NCBI RefSeq assembly: GCF_963921235.1
Contig: NC_086129.1
Location: 6,572,001 to 6,618,564, forward strand
Length of the DNA: 46,564 nucleotides
Reading direction: 5' to 3'
Source of the DNA: Mobula hypostoma
Taxonomy: Eukaryota
Translations under genes and position numbers: made by a program
Notes under the pieces: generated by a model
Databases searched by the model: none
Seen by the model: only the letters and a program-made list of their open reading frames with translations
What the model was told of the DNA's origin: nothing
In this document: positions 32,833-44,384 of the stretch, in pieces
Layout of the letters: every line of letters begins with the position of its first letter
Position numbering within the stretch: position 1 is the first letter of the stretch

Positions 32833-33884
32833 TGTCATAAGGGGTGCACTGTGAGCGGACCCAAATGCAAGACACAGACTCTGTTTACTAGTAACAGGAC
32901 TCGGCGTGACAAGAAAGCAAGGGAAGTGGGAAAGAAATAACGCTGGACATGACACAGGCCCTGCAGGAGACAAGGATTCAGGGCCTGGGCTAGGACTTGG
33001 ACAAGAGACAGGGGACCTGGATGTGGAACTAGGAACGAGGAGCTTGGACTGGGACATCGAGCCAGGGACTGGAGAGGGACCCAGAACCTTGGTCTTGGCT
33101 CGGGCTCGGGACCCGGATCCAGGCGAGGACAAGATGTGGCTAAAGGACGGGACGAGAGACGTCAGGACAGGACGAGGGAACTCCAGCCTAGGGCGAGGTA
33201 TCTTCAGCACCGGGGCTGGGCGAGGTACTCCTGGGCTGGGCGAAGCACAAGGACAGGACGAGAACACGAAGCCTTGACTTGGTCGAGGGAGACAGGAACG
33301 CAGAGCTTTGGTGGAGGAAGACAGGAACGGAGAGCCTTGGTCGAGGGAGACAGGAAAATGGAACACAGAGACGGAACCCCTCCTTGGGAACAGGATGTGG
33401 AGCCTGAACTCATACACAGAATGCAGAACACAACGAGACGGTTCTCAACTCAAGGTAGCGGCAAACAGCCGGACCAACCTAGCGAAGGCGAGGACAGAAA
33501 GAGACAGTTCCAAACAACGAAAGCCATTTCCTTATCTAGACACAACAAGGCTCCGGTCTTGTTCCGACGGTTGAACTTGACAGCAGTGCAGGCGAAGGTT
33601 GCAGGCGAGTCAAGGCTTCAGGCGAGGCAAGGCTACGGACACTGGTTGCAGGGCAAAGCTTCAGGAGGAAGGGGCCAAGAAAGGATTCAGACAGGGGATT
33701 TGGACGGGAACAATCCAGCAGCCAAGCCCTGGTCTCCGGAGGTATTTATGTGTCTAACCTAACGAGAATCATGTGCCTCAATTAGAGCACCCAACAGAAC
33801 AAAGGAAAACCGGAAAACCTGGAATCAGGATCGACGGACCGGACCGTGAATCGGAATGCGGACTTCACGGAGCGGACCATGACA
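32833..33884 (-). mobile_element. Solo LTR (TGTCA...TGACA family) nested in Gypsy pol
   Basis: TGTCAT/ATGACA termini; flanks GGGAC / GGGAA (5-bp TSD, 1 mismatch); reverse-complement homolog of 39344-40663; host frame MDR(D/E)EEWESV rejoins. Confidence 0.88.
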
Positions 33885-35052
33885 GGGAAGAGGAGTGGGA
33901 GAGCGTTCCTGCCCCTGGGGTGAAGGCAATGTGTCGGTTTGCCATCAACGTGAAGGCAGAGGCAAAGGAGCAGCAGGATCGAGCAGGTGGAGTCAACATA
34001 CTGGGTACCTGGTTCACCGTTACAACTGTACACGAAATGAAGCTGCTGGGTATTCGCCCTATTATCTGATGTTTGGGCGCAGGGCGAGGTTGCCCAATGA
34101 CCTCTGTTTCGGGACTGACGAGGGTGACTTACCACCGGAACCCTATCTGAAGTAGGTGTCTGATATGAGGAGAGAACTGAAAAGGCTTACAAATTGGCTG
34201 GGGTCGCGGCCACCAAGCAGAATCGAGGACATTAGAGGAAGTGCGATCAGAAGGTGATGTTTTCCCAACTCCTGCCGGGAGACCGAGTCCTCATAAGGAA
34301 ATTGGGGCTTCCTGGAAAGCACAAGTTAGCTGACCGCTGGGCGGACACACCCTTTGTGGTGGAGAGTCAGATACCAAACCTACCAGTTTTCCGGGTGAAA
34401 CAGGAGGAGGGGAATGGGCCTGTCAAGATTCCCCATCGGAACCGCCTATTGCCTCGGGGACAAGAGGTGCAGGTAGATCCAGAGCCCGACTTGGGGCCTA
34501 CACCGAGTAAGAGGACTCTGCGAAAGCGCGGGGCGACTGCAGTGCCCACAGCGGGAGAGGCTGGGCCGGGACGCACCCATGAGTGGGATACAGATTCGGA
34601 GGCTGATGATCCGGATGTGTGGTACATTCTGCCTTTGGCTAACTGCCCAGTGATTGAGGAAGAGACTACTGGCCCTTCTCCCACTCATTCAGGTGAGTTC
34701 GGTGGGGGGGGGGGTGCTATCTGTGGGCAGGGCCTGGACACGATACCGGGGGCTCCGAGTAGCAGCGGGGCCTGAGTGATAGATCGAGGGAGGTTTCGCC
34801 AAGCAGACTCGAATTATCCCCAGTGCGTCAGAGCCTGAAGAGTTAGGTGAGGAGGTACGGAGGTCTCAGAGAATTAGGAAACCACCCGACAGGTTGTCAT
34901 ATGTAGCGCCTGGGGAGCAGGGCGTGATCTCTACCGGTCTGAGGAGCTATGTCACTGCTTTGTGCACCTGGATTGGGCATTCTGTCTTGCAGGAAGTGAT
35001 GGCGAATTATCTCAACGTCGTGAGGACATAGCTAAAGTTGGTGGGGGGAGAA

Positions 35053-35594
35053 TGTAATGGCTTCACTGTAATGTTAACTGCTGAGGTAATGGTTTCTCTG
35101 TTGCAGCAATGTTTGGGTTACAACGAGAGATAATGGGTGGAGATCCAATGTAAGAAATGTTATTCTTACTTCTCTGTCTGTGAGCCGGGGTTTTCGCGGG
35201 CTTTTCGTCGGAGGGAGAAGGAGAGGAAGGACGCGTGTGGCGAGCGCTGGTAGACCACCAGCCGGATTACAGTATACTGGAGTCCGAGGATCCAAGGGTC
35301 GGTGACGTTCGGCGGAGATCGTTGGTGGAGGAGTGCCTACAGAGTGAGCGCCAACTATATTGGGACTTTAATTTTGGGCCTTTTTTTTTTACTAACCCTA
35401 CGAACCCTATATTCAGATTGAGATTCATAAAGTCTATCATTTAATTATCTGTGGTGTACTGTCTGATATTTGCGTTGTGGGTTTGTGATTGGGTGTACAC
35501 TGTAAAGCATCCACCCAAACTCGAATACCCTGTTCGGCGGGGCCGAAAGCTGATTCTCATAGACAATCGCGAGCGGGCGAGCCTGAGGGTTACA
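35053..35594 (+). repeat. 3' LTR
   Basis: Directly after PPT; TGTAAT...GTTACA; first ~60 bp match 28244-28303. Confidence 0.85.
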
Positions 35595-35599
35595 CAGGC

Positions 35600-36050
35600 T
35601 AAGTCTGACACTGAGAAGTGACTAAATTTCAAATGTGGTCAGCGGGTTTGGCTGAATTGCGGACACTATTCGTTCGCTGTTATTGGTCCCTTTAAGGACA
35701 TTAGGACAATGAACCTGCGATGACACAACTTACAACTTGCCCGCTCCAAGAGAATGCATCCCTCCTTTCATGTATCGAAAATGAAACCCTTACTTTGTAG
35801 GCCCTCGATCCCGATTTCCAAACAATCCCACCACCGCCACTAAAGATCATAGACGGTGAAGCTGCCAACACAGTCCGGAGACTGCTAAAATCACAGAAAT
35901 TAAAAGGACTACTCCAATACTTGGTAGGTAGGAGAGACATGGTCCAGAGGAACAGTGTTAAGTTCCTTCCTGGAATATTTCAGATTTTCATCGTTTGCAT
36001 CCAGAGATTCCTGGGCAGCCAGGTGCTGGCCGTAGGGGTGAGGCTGTGTC
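35600..36050 (+). mobile_element. Chromovirus (Sushi-like Gypsy) integrase C-terminus/chromodomain remnant
   Basis: Manual translation: IGPFK..RMHPSFHVSKMKP..PPPPLKIIDGEAANTVRRLLKSQKLKGLLQYLV..GPEE. Confidence 0.72.
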
Positions 36051-37194
36051 ACAACCTCGGTCATCGGTGGAGTATTCTGAGGGCTTTGAGTTCTTTTGAA
36101 TTGTATACGTTTTATTAATTATAATTATAATGTATTGTTGCACTTCGGGCTATTTTTACTCTCATGGCCCCTTTCTGGCTCTTCTAACTTCATTCTTCAG
36201 TTCCTTCGTGCTAGCCTTATAGTCTTTTAGAGCTATATTTTTTGAACTTAGTTTTATGAACGTTTCATAAGCTCTTCTTTTGTTCTTGACTAGATTTACA
36301 ACAGCCTTTGTACACCACGGTTTCTGTACCCTACCATCATTTCCTTCTCTCATTGGGACGTACCTATGCAGAACCCCATGCAAATATCCACTGAACATTT
36401 GCCACATTTCTTCCTTACGTTTTCTGAGAACATCTGTTTCCAATTTATGCTTCCAAGTTCCTGCCTGATGGCCTCAAAATTCCCCTTCCTCCAATTAAAC
36501 GTTTCCCTGGCTTGTCTTTCGTATCCCTCTCCAATGCACTAGTATAGGAGCTAGAATTGTGATCACTAACTCCAAAATGTTCTCCCACTGAGAGACCTGA
36601 CACCTGACCAGGTTCATTTCCCAATTGCAGATCAAGTACAGCCTCTACTCATGTAGACTTATCTACATATTGTGTCAAGAAACCTTCCTGAACACACCTG
36701 GCAAACTCCACCCCATCTAAACCCCTCACTCTATGGAGATGCCTTCAATATTAAATATTCCAGCACAACAACCCTATTATTATTACCCCTTTGCAGAATC
36801 TGTCTCCGTATCTGTTCCTCGATGTCCTGTTACTTTTGGGTGCTCTATAAAAAAAACAGTCGAGTTATTGACCCCTTTCTATTCCTAACTTCACCCACTG
36901 ATATTCTGCAGATAACTCCTCCCTGACATCCCCCTTTTCCGCAGCTGTGACACCATCCCTGATCAACAGTGCCACGCCCCCACCTCTTTTGCCTCCCTAC
37001 CTATCCTTTATGAAACATCTAAAGCCTGGCATTTGCATTCTTCCCTCTGAACCATCCCAGTCTCTGTAATGGCCACAGCATCGTAGCTCCAAGTGCTGAT
37101 CGACGCTCTCTGCTCATCCGCTTTATTCACAATACTCCTCGCTTTAAAATAGATTCATCTCAAACCTTCGGTCTGAGCGCGTCTCTTCTCTATC

Positions 37195-38660
37195 TGAGAA
37201 GACAGAGACACTGGGCCTGAATCTCCAGAGGGTTCCTGTGCTGTGAAAGACGTTCTGCCTCGTCCCTGTGCCGAAGACACCGCGCCCCAGCGGCCTCAGT
37301 GACTACAGACCGGTGGCATTGACCTCCCACATCATGAAGACCCTGGAGAGACTTGTTCTGGAGCTGCTCCGGCCTATGGTCAGGCGAGACGTAGATCCCC
37401 TCGAGATCGCCTACCAGCCCCGACTAGGAGTTGAGGATGCCATCGTCTACCTGCTGAACCGTGTCTACGCCCACCTGGACAAGCCAGCGAGCACTGTGAG
37501 GGTCATGTTTTTTGACTTCTCCAGTGCGTTCAACACCATCCGCCCTGCTCTGCTGGGGGAGAAGCTGACAGAGATGCAGGCGGATGCTTCCCTGGTATCA
37601 TGGATTCCTGATTACCTGAATGGCAGACCACAGTACGTGTGCTTGCAACACTGTGTGTCAGACAGAGTGATCAGCAGCACTGGGGCTCCACAGGGGACTG
37701 TCTTGTCTCCCTTTCTCTTCACCATCTACTCCACGGACATCAATTACTGCACAGAGTCTTGCCATCTTCAGAAGTTTTCTGATGACTCTGCCATAGTTGG
37801 ATGCATCAGCAAGGGAGATGAGGCTGAGTTAAAGGCTACGGTGGGAAACTTTGTCACATGGTGTGAGCAGATTTATCTGCAGCTTAATGTGAAAAAGACT
37901 AAGGAGCTGGTGGTGGACCTGAGGAGGGCTAAAGCACCGGTGACCCCTGTTTCCATCCATGATTTCAGTGTGGACATGGTGGAGGATATCAAATACCTGG
38001 GGATACGAATTGACAATAAACTGGACTGGTCAAAGAACACTGAAGCTGTCTACAACAAGGGTCAGAGCCGTCTCTATTTCCGGGAGGAGACTGAGGTCCT
38101 TTAACACCTGTCGGACGATGCTGAGGATGTTCTACGAGTCTGTGGTTGCCAGTGCTGTCATGTTTGTTGTTGTGTGCTGGGGCAGCAGGCTGAGGGTAGC
38201 AGACACCAACAGAATCAACAAACTCATTCGTAAGGCCAGTGATGTTGTGGGGATGGAACTGGACTCTCTGACGGTGGTGTCTGAAAAGAGGATGCTGTCC
38301 AAGTTGCATGCCATCTTGGACAATGTCACCCATCCAGTACATACTGTACTGGTTGGGCACAAGAGTACATTCAGCCAGAGACTCATTCCACCGAGATGCA
38401 ACACAGAGCATCATAGGAAGTCATTCCTGCCTGTGGCCATCAAACTTTACAACTCCTGCTTTGGAGGCTCAGAGACCCTGAGTCAATAGGCTGGTCCTGG
38501 ACTTATTCCCATCTGGCATAATTTACATGTTATTATTTAATTATTTATGGTTTTATATTGCTATATTTATACTCTATTCTTGGTTGGTGAAACTGTAACG
38601 AAACCCAATTTCCCTCGGGATCAATAAAGTATGTCTATCTATCTATCTGTCTATCGATCT
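37195..38660 (+). mobile_element. Rex1/Babar-clade LINE, 5'-truncated, relatively young
   Basis: DYRPVALTSHIMKTLERLVL, FFDFSSAFNTI, GAPQGTVLSPFLF, KFSDDS; one frameshift near 38080; tail GGGATCAATAAAGTATGT(CTAT)n. Confidence 0.93.
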
Positions 38661-39343
38661 ATCACCTGCCTATCGTCCCTTTCACACTGTCTCCAGCCTT
38701 TCTCTATTTGTCAGCCAACCTCCCTTTCCTCCGTCAGGTCAGCTCGATTCCCAACCCCCACCTCCCGTAGCAATGCTAGTTTAAACTTTCCCCAATAGCC
38801 TGAGCAAACCTCCCCGCCAGGATATTGATCCTCTGGAATTCAAGTGCAACCTGTCTATTTGTACAGTTCGCACCTGCCCACAGAGAGGTCCCAATGATCC
38901 AAAAATCTGAATCACTGCCCCTTGCCACGCACTTATGCTCTACCTCATCCGAGTCCAACATACACTATCACGTGGCACCGGCAGTAATCCCGAGATTACT
39001 AACTTTGAGGTCCTGCTTCTCAACTTCCTTCCTAACTCCCTGTAGTCTGTTTTCAGGACCTCCTCCCTTTTCCTACCTATGTGGTTGGTATCAATATGTA
39101 CCACGACCTCTGTCTACTTCCTTCCCATTGCAAGATATCGTGGACGCGATCAGAAACCACCCGGACCTTGTCACCTGGGAGGCAAACTACCATCCGCATT
39201 TCTTTCCTGCGTCCACAGAATCACCTGTCAGACCCCCTAACTGTTGCCATCCTCTTCGTTTCCCTACCCTTCTGCGCCACAAGGCCAAACTCTGTGCCAG
39301 AGACTCGACCACTGTTGTTTACCCCAGGTAGGACTCCTCCCCC

Positions 39344-40663
39344 TGTCATGGTCCGGTCCGTGAAGTCCGTATTCCGGTTCAAGGTCCGGTCCATCGACCC
39401 TTACTCCAGATTTTCCTATCTACCTTGTTTCTGTTCTTGTTGAGTTCTAATTGAGGCAGCTGATGCTCGTTGGGACTGGCAACATAAATACCTTCAGAGA
39501 CCCAGGCGTGGCTCTTGGATTGTTCTTGTCTTTGCTCCTTGTATCCCTTCCTCTGCCTTCTGTTTCCTCGCCTGAAGCCCTGTCTTGTCTTGGCGGTAAC
39601 TCTCGCCTCGCCTTGCCTTGTCTTGCTGGTAACTCTCGCCTCGTCTCGCCTGCAGTCTTGTCCTGGAGCCACCCTGTACTTAGCCCCACTTCCTGTCCCT
39701 TGCCTCCGTCGGGTGGTGAACCGCGCCCTGCCCAGGAATACCGCACCCTGCCCAAGAGTGTCGCGCCCCGCCCAGGAGATCCACGCCCTGCCCAGGTGAA
39801 CCGCGCCCTGCTCCGGAGGAGCCTGCCTAGTCTCAAGCCTAAAGACTCCAGCCTCGCCTCGCCTCAAGTCTCCTGACTCCAGCCTCCAGCCCAGACTCGC
39901 CTCGTCTCCTGCCTCCAGCCTTCAACCCAGCCTCGCCTCTTGTCTCTAGCCTCAAGCCTGAAGATTCCAGCCTCCTGCCTAGCACAAACCTGAAGACTCA
40001 GCCTCCTGCCTAGCCTCAAGCCTGAAGACTCCAGCCTCCTGCCAAGCCTCGCCTCCAGTCTCCTGCCTCCTGCCAAGACTCGCCTCAAGTCTCCTACCTC
40101 CTGCCAAGACTCGCCTCAAGTCTCAAGCCTGAAGACTCCAGCCTCCTGCCTCCTGCCAAGCCTCGTCCTTGCCTAGTTCTGGGGTCCGAGCCAGAGGCAA
40201 GACCCATGTACTGGGTCCTTGTCCAGTCTCTGGCTCGGAGTCCATGCTGCTTCCTGCCAAGCCTCGACTCTAGCCTCAAGCCTCAAGCCTGAAGACTCCC
40301 GCCTTGTTCTGCCTGCCTTCCAAGCCTCGCCCTTGCCTAGTTCTGGGGTCCGAGCCAGAGGCAAGACCCATGTACTGGGTCCTTGTCCAGTCTCTGGCTC
40401 GGAGTCCATCCTGCCTCCTGCCAAGCCTCGCCCTTGCCTCGTTCTGTGGTCCGAGCCAGAGGCAAGGCCCAGGTACTGGGTCCTTGTCCAGTCTCTGGCT
40501 CGGTGTCCAAGCCCGGGCTCCTAGCTCTTTTGTCCAGTTCTGTTCCAGGTTCCTGGTTTTCCTGTCCATGTCCTTGCCCTCACGCTGTATCCTAGTCCTG
40601 TCCCTAGTACTTCAGTGTCTGTGTCTTGCAATCGGGTTCGTTCTCAGCCATCGCCCTATGACA
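39344..40663 (+). mobile_element. Solo LTR with internal tandem repeats, 5-bp TSD CCCCC
   Basis: TGTCAT...ATGACA; CCCCC at 39339-39343 and 40664-40668; ATAAATA TATA-like at ~39484; CR1 ORF1 rejoins across it. Confidence 0.9.
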
Positions 40664-41319
40664 CCCCCAACAGTACTCATACATGCGTACTTATTGTTAA
40701 GGGGGACAGCCACTGGGGTATTCTCTAGCATTTCCCTCTTTACCTTCCCTCTCCTGACTGTTACCCACTTACCTGTCTCCCCAGGCGCCGGAGTGACTAC
40801 CTGCCTATAGCTCCTCTCTATCACCTCCTCACCCTCCTTGACCAGACGAAGGTCATCGAGCTACAGCTCCGGTTCCCTAACGCGGTCCCTAAGGAGCTGC
40901 AGCTCGGCGCACCTGGTGCAGACGTGGCCGTCCGGGAGGCTGGGAGTCTCCAAGACCTCCCACATATGACACCAAGCACAGAAAACCGGCCTCACACACA
41001 TACTTTCCGTCTGTATTCTATACAAGTAACCTACCTCGCCTCGATCGTTTATGGCAGAAGCCCCGTTGAGCCAAAGCCTTCCTACACTGTCTCCCTCTAC
41101 TCTGTCGCCCGCTGTATGAAGCTGTCTTCTTTTTAAACTCTTCTCAGTGTTTCCTCTGGCTGCCGTCCACGCGCTTGCGCAGTCGTGCCCCGTTCAAACC
41201 GCTGAAGAAATGAAGAGGCAGCTCCAGCCCCTCAAGTTCTTGACTGTCCTGATTCTCCTCCAGTGAAGATCTGCCCGAGTTATTCAAGACCTCGCTTGTC
41301 TCCTTGGTTAATGAAATAC

Positions 41320-41504
41320 CTATTTTGCTTTAACCTTTCCGAGTCTCTGTGTGATCCTGTGCTTTGTTGCGGAGGTACAGCGTGACACTGATAGATTAAG
41401 AAAAGCATTTATCAGAAGTGATTCCAAGTTACTGAAACATTGATCTGAGCCCTTGTGGAGAAATGTCCTCTTCCGTCGCAGTCGCGTTCCTGTGGGATCC
41501 TTCG
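41320..41504 (-). CDS. Candidate terminal coding exon
   Basis: cattgcttccatttcgcAG|CG, phase 1, open to TAG at 41320: (A)KDPTGTRLRRKRTFLHKG...GKVKAK*. Confidence 0.33.
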
Positions 41505-41559
41505 CTGCGAAATGGAAGCAATGGATTTGAGTCACACAGGATGGTCTATGCCAACCATT

Positions 41560-41880
41560 TTCCGTGGCCAGCAATCACCAACAGAGGTCTGATTCCCGCC
41601 GCTCTCCGAAAGGAGTTTGTGGGTTCTCTCCATGACCATGCTGGTTTCCTCTGTGTGCCCGGTTTCCTCCCACAGACCACAGGCTTTTCGATAGAGAGGG
41701 GGTTTAAATTAAGGGTGATCTGTGCCACAAGGGTTAGTAAGTTGTGGGCAGGTTACGCTGGCGCTAGAAGTGTGGTGATACCTGCCGGCAGGCCCCAGCA
41801 CAATCCTCCCTGACAGCAGTGACACATTTCACTCTCTTCTTGACGTACTTGGGACGAAGACCATCTTTAACCTTTAAAGG
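41560..41880 (+). mobile_element. V-SINE-like SINE
   Basis: tRNA-like head (gattcccgccgct..aaggagtttgt), core GGTTTCCTC..CCGGTTTCCTCCCACA, tail atctttaacctttaa. Confidence 0.7.
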
Positions 41881-42234
41881 CCCTTCTATTGGAAGGCCTT
41901 TTAATGTTGTTAATGTACCTGTCTCTGGTACTTCCACCAGCAACTCATTCCATTCCGTAATCTCAGCACCCTCTGGGTGAAAATGATCTCCCTCCAGTCC
42001 CCTTTTAAATCTCACACCTTCTGTCAGGAAGATCCCGTTCCCTGGGATAAACACTGCAAGTATCTACCTCATCTAGGGCCCTCAGAATTTAATATGCACC
42101 CGCAAGGTCGTCTCTCGGTCCTCTGCTCGCCAAGGATTAAAATCCAAAGCTACCTATCACCTTGATGTAACACTGGCCCTCGAGAGTCAGCAGCATCCTC
42201 CACAATCTCCTGCACCCTTTCCAGCTCAATAAGT

Positions 42235-43055
42235 TAGGGGGAATATCTAACGTGAGTGGACACATTTTAAGGTGTTTGGAGGAAAGTACAGGCGGGAATC
42301 TCAGAGGTAGGATATTTACACAGAGATTGGCGGGTGCGTGGAACTTTCTGTCAGGGTCGGTGGTAGAAGCAGATACACTAGCAGCCTCTTTAACAGCACA
42401 GGCACCGACCCATCAGTCCATCATCCTTCTGGTCCCTTAGACTAATATTAGATTGATACCATAGATTAATCTTAGAGTAGGATCTGTTTCTGTGATGTAC
42501 TTTTCCATGTTCAAACATCATAGCACAGTACAGGGCCTTCGTCCCACTATGTTATGACAAAATTTTAAGGTCAATCCAATCCTTCCCTCCCACATAGCCC
42601 TCCAGTTTTCTGCCATCCATGTGCCCACCTCTGACATCCCCCGTATATTTTCCTCTGGTCACCGAGAAACTATGCCCCCTCGCATCGGCCATTTCTGTTT
42701 CGGAAAACAGTCTCTGGCCATCCACTTGATCTGTGCTTCTTATCATCCTGTAAAGCTCTATCAAATCATCTCTCCTTCCTCTTCGCTCCAAAGAGAAAAG
42801 GTCGCTCAACATATCTTCATTAGACACTTTCTCTGATCCGGACAGCGTCCTGGCGAATCTGCTGTGCACACTCTCTAAAGCTTGCACGTCCTTCCTATAA
42901 CTGAGGCGACCAGAACTGAACAAGGGAGTCCAAGTTGTGTCTAACCAGGGTTTTATAAAACTGCAACATTGCCTTGTGGCTCTTGAATTCAACCCCCCAA
43001 ATACTGAAGGCCAACACACCGTACGCCTACGTAAACACCGTGTAAACTTGCGTGG
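42235..43055. mobile_element. Two tail-to-tail CR1 3' fragments (+ 42235-42510; - 42515-43055)
   Basis: FTQRLAGAWNFL (+); YRKDVQALESVHSRFARTL..LFSLERR..DLIELYRM (-). Confidence 0.78.
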
Positions 43056-43098
43056 AATCTGTGGACGTAGATCCCGAGATCTCTCTGCTCTTTCTCAC

Positions 43099-43197
43099 CG
43101 ATGAGAATCCTGCCATTCAGCCTGCGTTGTGTTGCTCTGTTAAACGGCCTTTTCCTCTGACATGTATTTGGTTTATGGGGAGATCGGATACCGCTGG
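43099..43197 (-). CDS. Candidate next exon (99 bp, phase 1-1)
   Basis: tccctcccattttatccccgttaAG|CC ... ATCG|GTGAG; only the phase-compatible frame is open: (A)SGIRSPHKPNTCQRKRPFNRATQRRLNGRILI. Confidence 0.45.
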
Positions 43198-43943
43198 CTT
43201 AACGGGGATAAAATGGGAGGGATTCAATCGTCAGATAGGCTGGAGGAAGGGAGGGGAGAGAAAGGGAGTGGAGTGGAGGGGATGAGACGACACTCTTCAG
43301 GAGCGTGGAGGGGTCTGCAGGAGAGGGAGGTGGGCAGTCGGGGCGAGTAGGGGGTAGGAGGCAATGGAGATGAAAGGGCGTGATTGAGCAGAACAGGGTG
43401 AGGATAGGCTGTCAGAGTGCGAGTGCAGGGAGGTCAAAGGTGTGCACGGAGGATGTTTTTGGGTCCGGGGCTGGCTGGGATGGGCGTGCAGAGCGAGTGG
43501 AAGGGACCGAGGGGCGACGGGCTCAGAGAATCTGGGGAGATGGGGGCAGAGGAGTGGACGGAGGGTGGGGGGGGGTCGGGTGGAGAGGAATTGGACGGGA
43601 GGATGTGACGCAGTGAGCGAGTGGATGGAGTGGTAGAGAATATGTAGAAAGGGATACGGAGGGTTTGAGGGAGAGGCGAGAGGGTGAGTGTAGAGGAGTC
43701 AATATGTGGAAGGGTAGGGTGTTGGCAGAGCGAAGCTGTGTAGAGGGATATGGAGCGCGTAAGGAGAGGGATTGGAGGGAGGGGTGCCGTGCGGTCTGAA
43801 GCTGCAAGGAGTGACATTGAGTGGGACTGTGGAGAGCGCGGTGGGGCAGAAACCACTGGGCAGGGAACAGGGAGGAGGTGTGTCCGCTGGCAGGGTGGCA
43901 GTGAGTGGTTCGGGAGGAGAAAGAGGAGGGGGCAGGTGCCTAC

Positions 43944-44049
43944 CTGTCTCGTAGCAGTCGTAGACGGTCACGTAGGCGTCCTGAAGATTCTCCACCACGA
44001 AGACTCGGTGAAGAAGAGCAAACACTTCGACAGGCAGGAACTTGTGCAT
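43944..44049 (-). CDS. Internal exon of an unidentified gene (106 bp)
   Basis: cctacAG|ATG ... ACAG|GTAGGC; MHKFLPVEVFALLHRVFVVENLQDAYVTVYDCYET, strong GC3 bias, in frame with the preceding exon. Confidence 0.65.
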
Positions 44050-44207
44050 CTGTAGGCCGAGCGGTGGGTTGGCGATTCAGTACGAGATCTCCTCCGCACG
44101 TCCCCTGCTCCCCCAGTGTCCCAGACGCACCTTCCTCCCTCCCCCTCCCCCCCCCCCAACAGTCAGGACCACGCTGAGACAGAGGAGACGGGGTCCTCGC
44201 CACTCAC

Positions 44208-44276
44208 CTCTGGAATGTACATCAGCAAGTGCCCGTCCTGTGACTTTGACCTGCTCACACGAGGATGGCTCGGCTT
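44208..44276 (-). CDS. Internal exon of an unidentified gene (69 bp)
   Basis: ctctctctctgctacAG|AAG ... GAG|GTGAGT; KPSHPRVSRSKSQDGHLLMYIPE. Confidence 0.65.
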
Positions 44277-44384
44277 CTGTAGCAGAGAGAGAGTTATTTA
44301 CAAAGATGAAAAAGATCAAATATTAGTTGCTGATTTTTTTTCTTTAAGTCTGCCTGAGGCGGTCCCAAGCCCGGCTGTGAACAT

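Larger units (their letters stand above)
28215..35594 (+). mobile_element. Ty3/Gypsy LTR retrotransposon (PNMA-like gag, PR, RT, RNase H, partial IN), defective
   Basis: gag YGRLRLFSGITPTPKGKEEYETWAEQ..LVESLNGRAADVV; protease FDTGSQVT; RT LDLRSEYYQI, MPQG, YLDDL; RNase H TDNNPLTY; IN tail YNCTRNE..YSPYYLMFGR; PPT GTGGGGGGAGAA at 35041-35052; many stops. Confidence 0.95.
36160..41210 (-). mobile_element. CR1 LINE 5' half (5'UTR, ORF1, EN region) split by a Rex1 LINE and a solo LTR
   Basis: WVTVRRGK..PVAVPLNNKY; ORF1 esterase remnants 38776-39330; PWCTKAV..ELKNEVRRA. Confidence 0.85.

Noticed and set aside
32674-33762. Long ORFs (208-247 aa) on both strands
   Set aside because: Low-complexity frames inside a solo LTR; same for ORFs at 39379-40810.
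43230-43930. ORFs of 60-140 aa
   Set aside because: Purine-rich low-complexity intron-like sequence without coding features.
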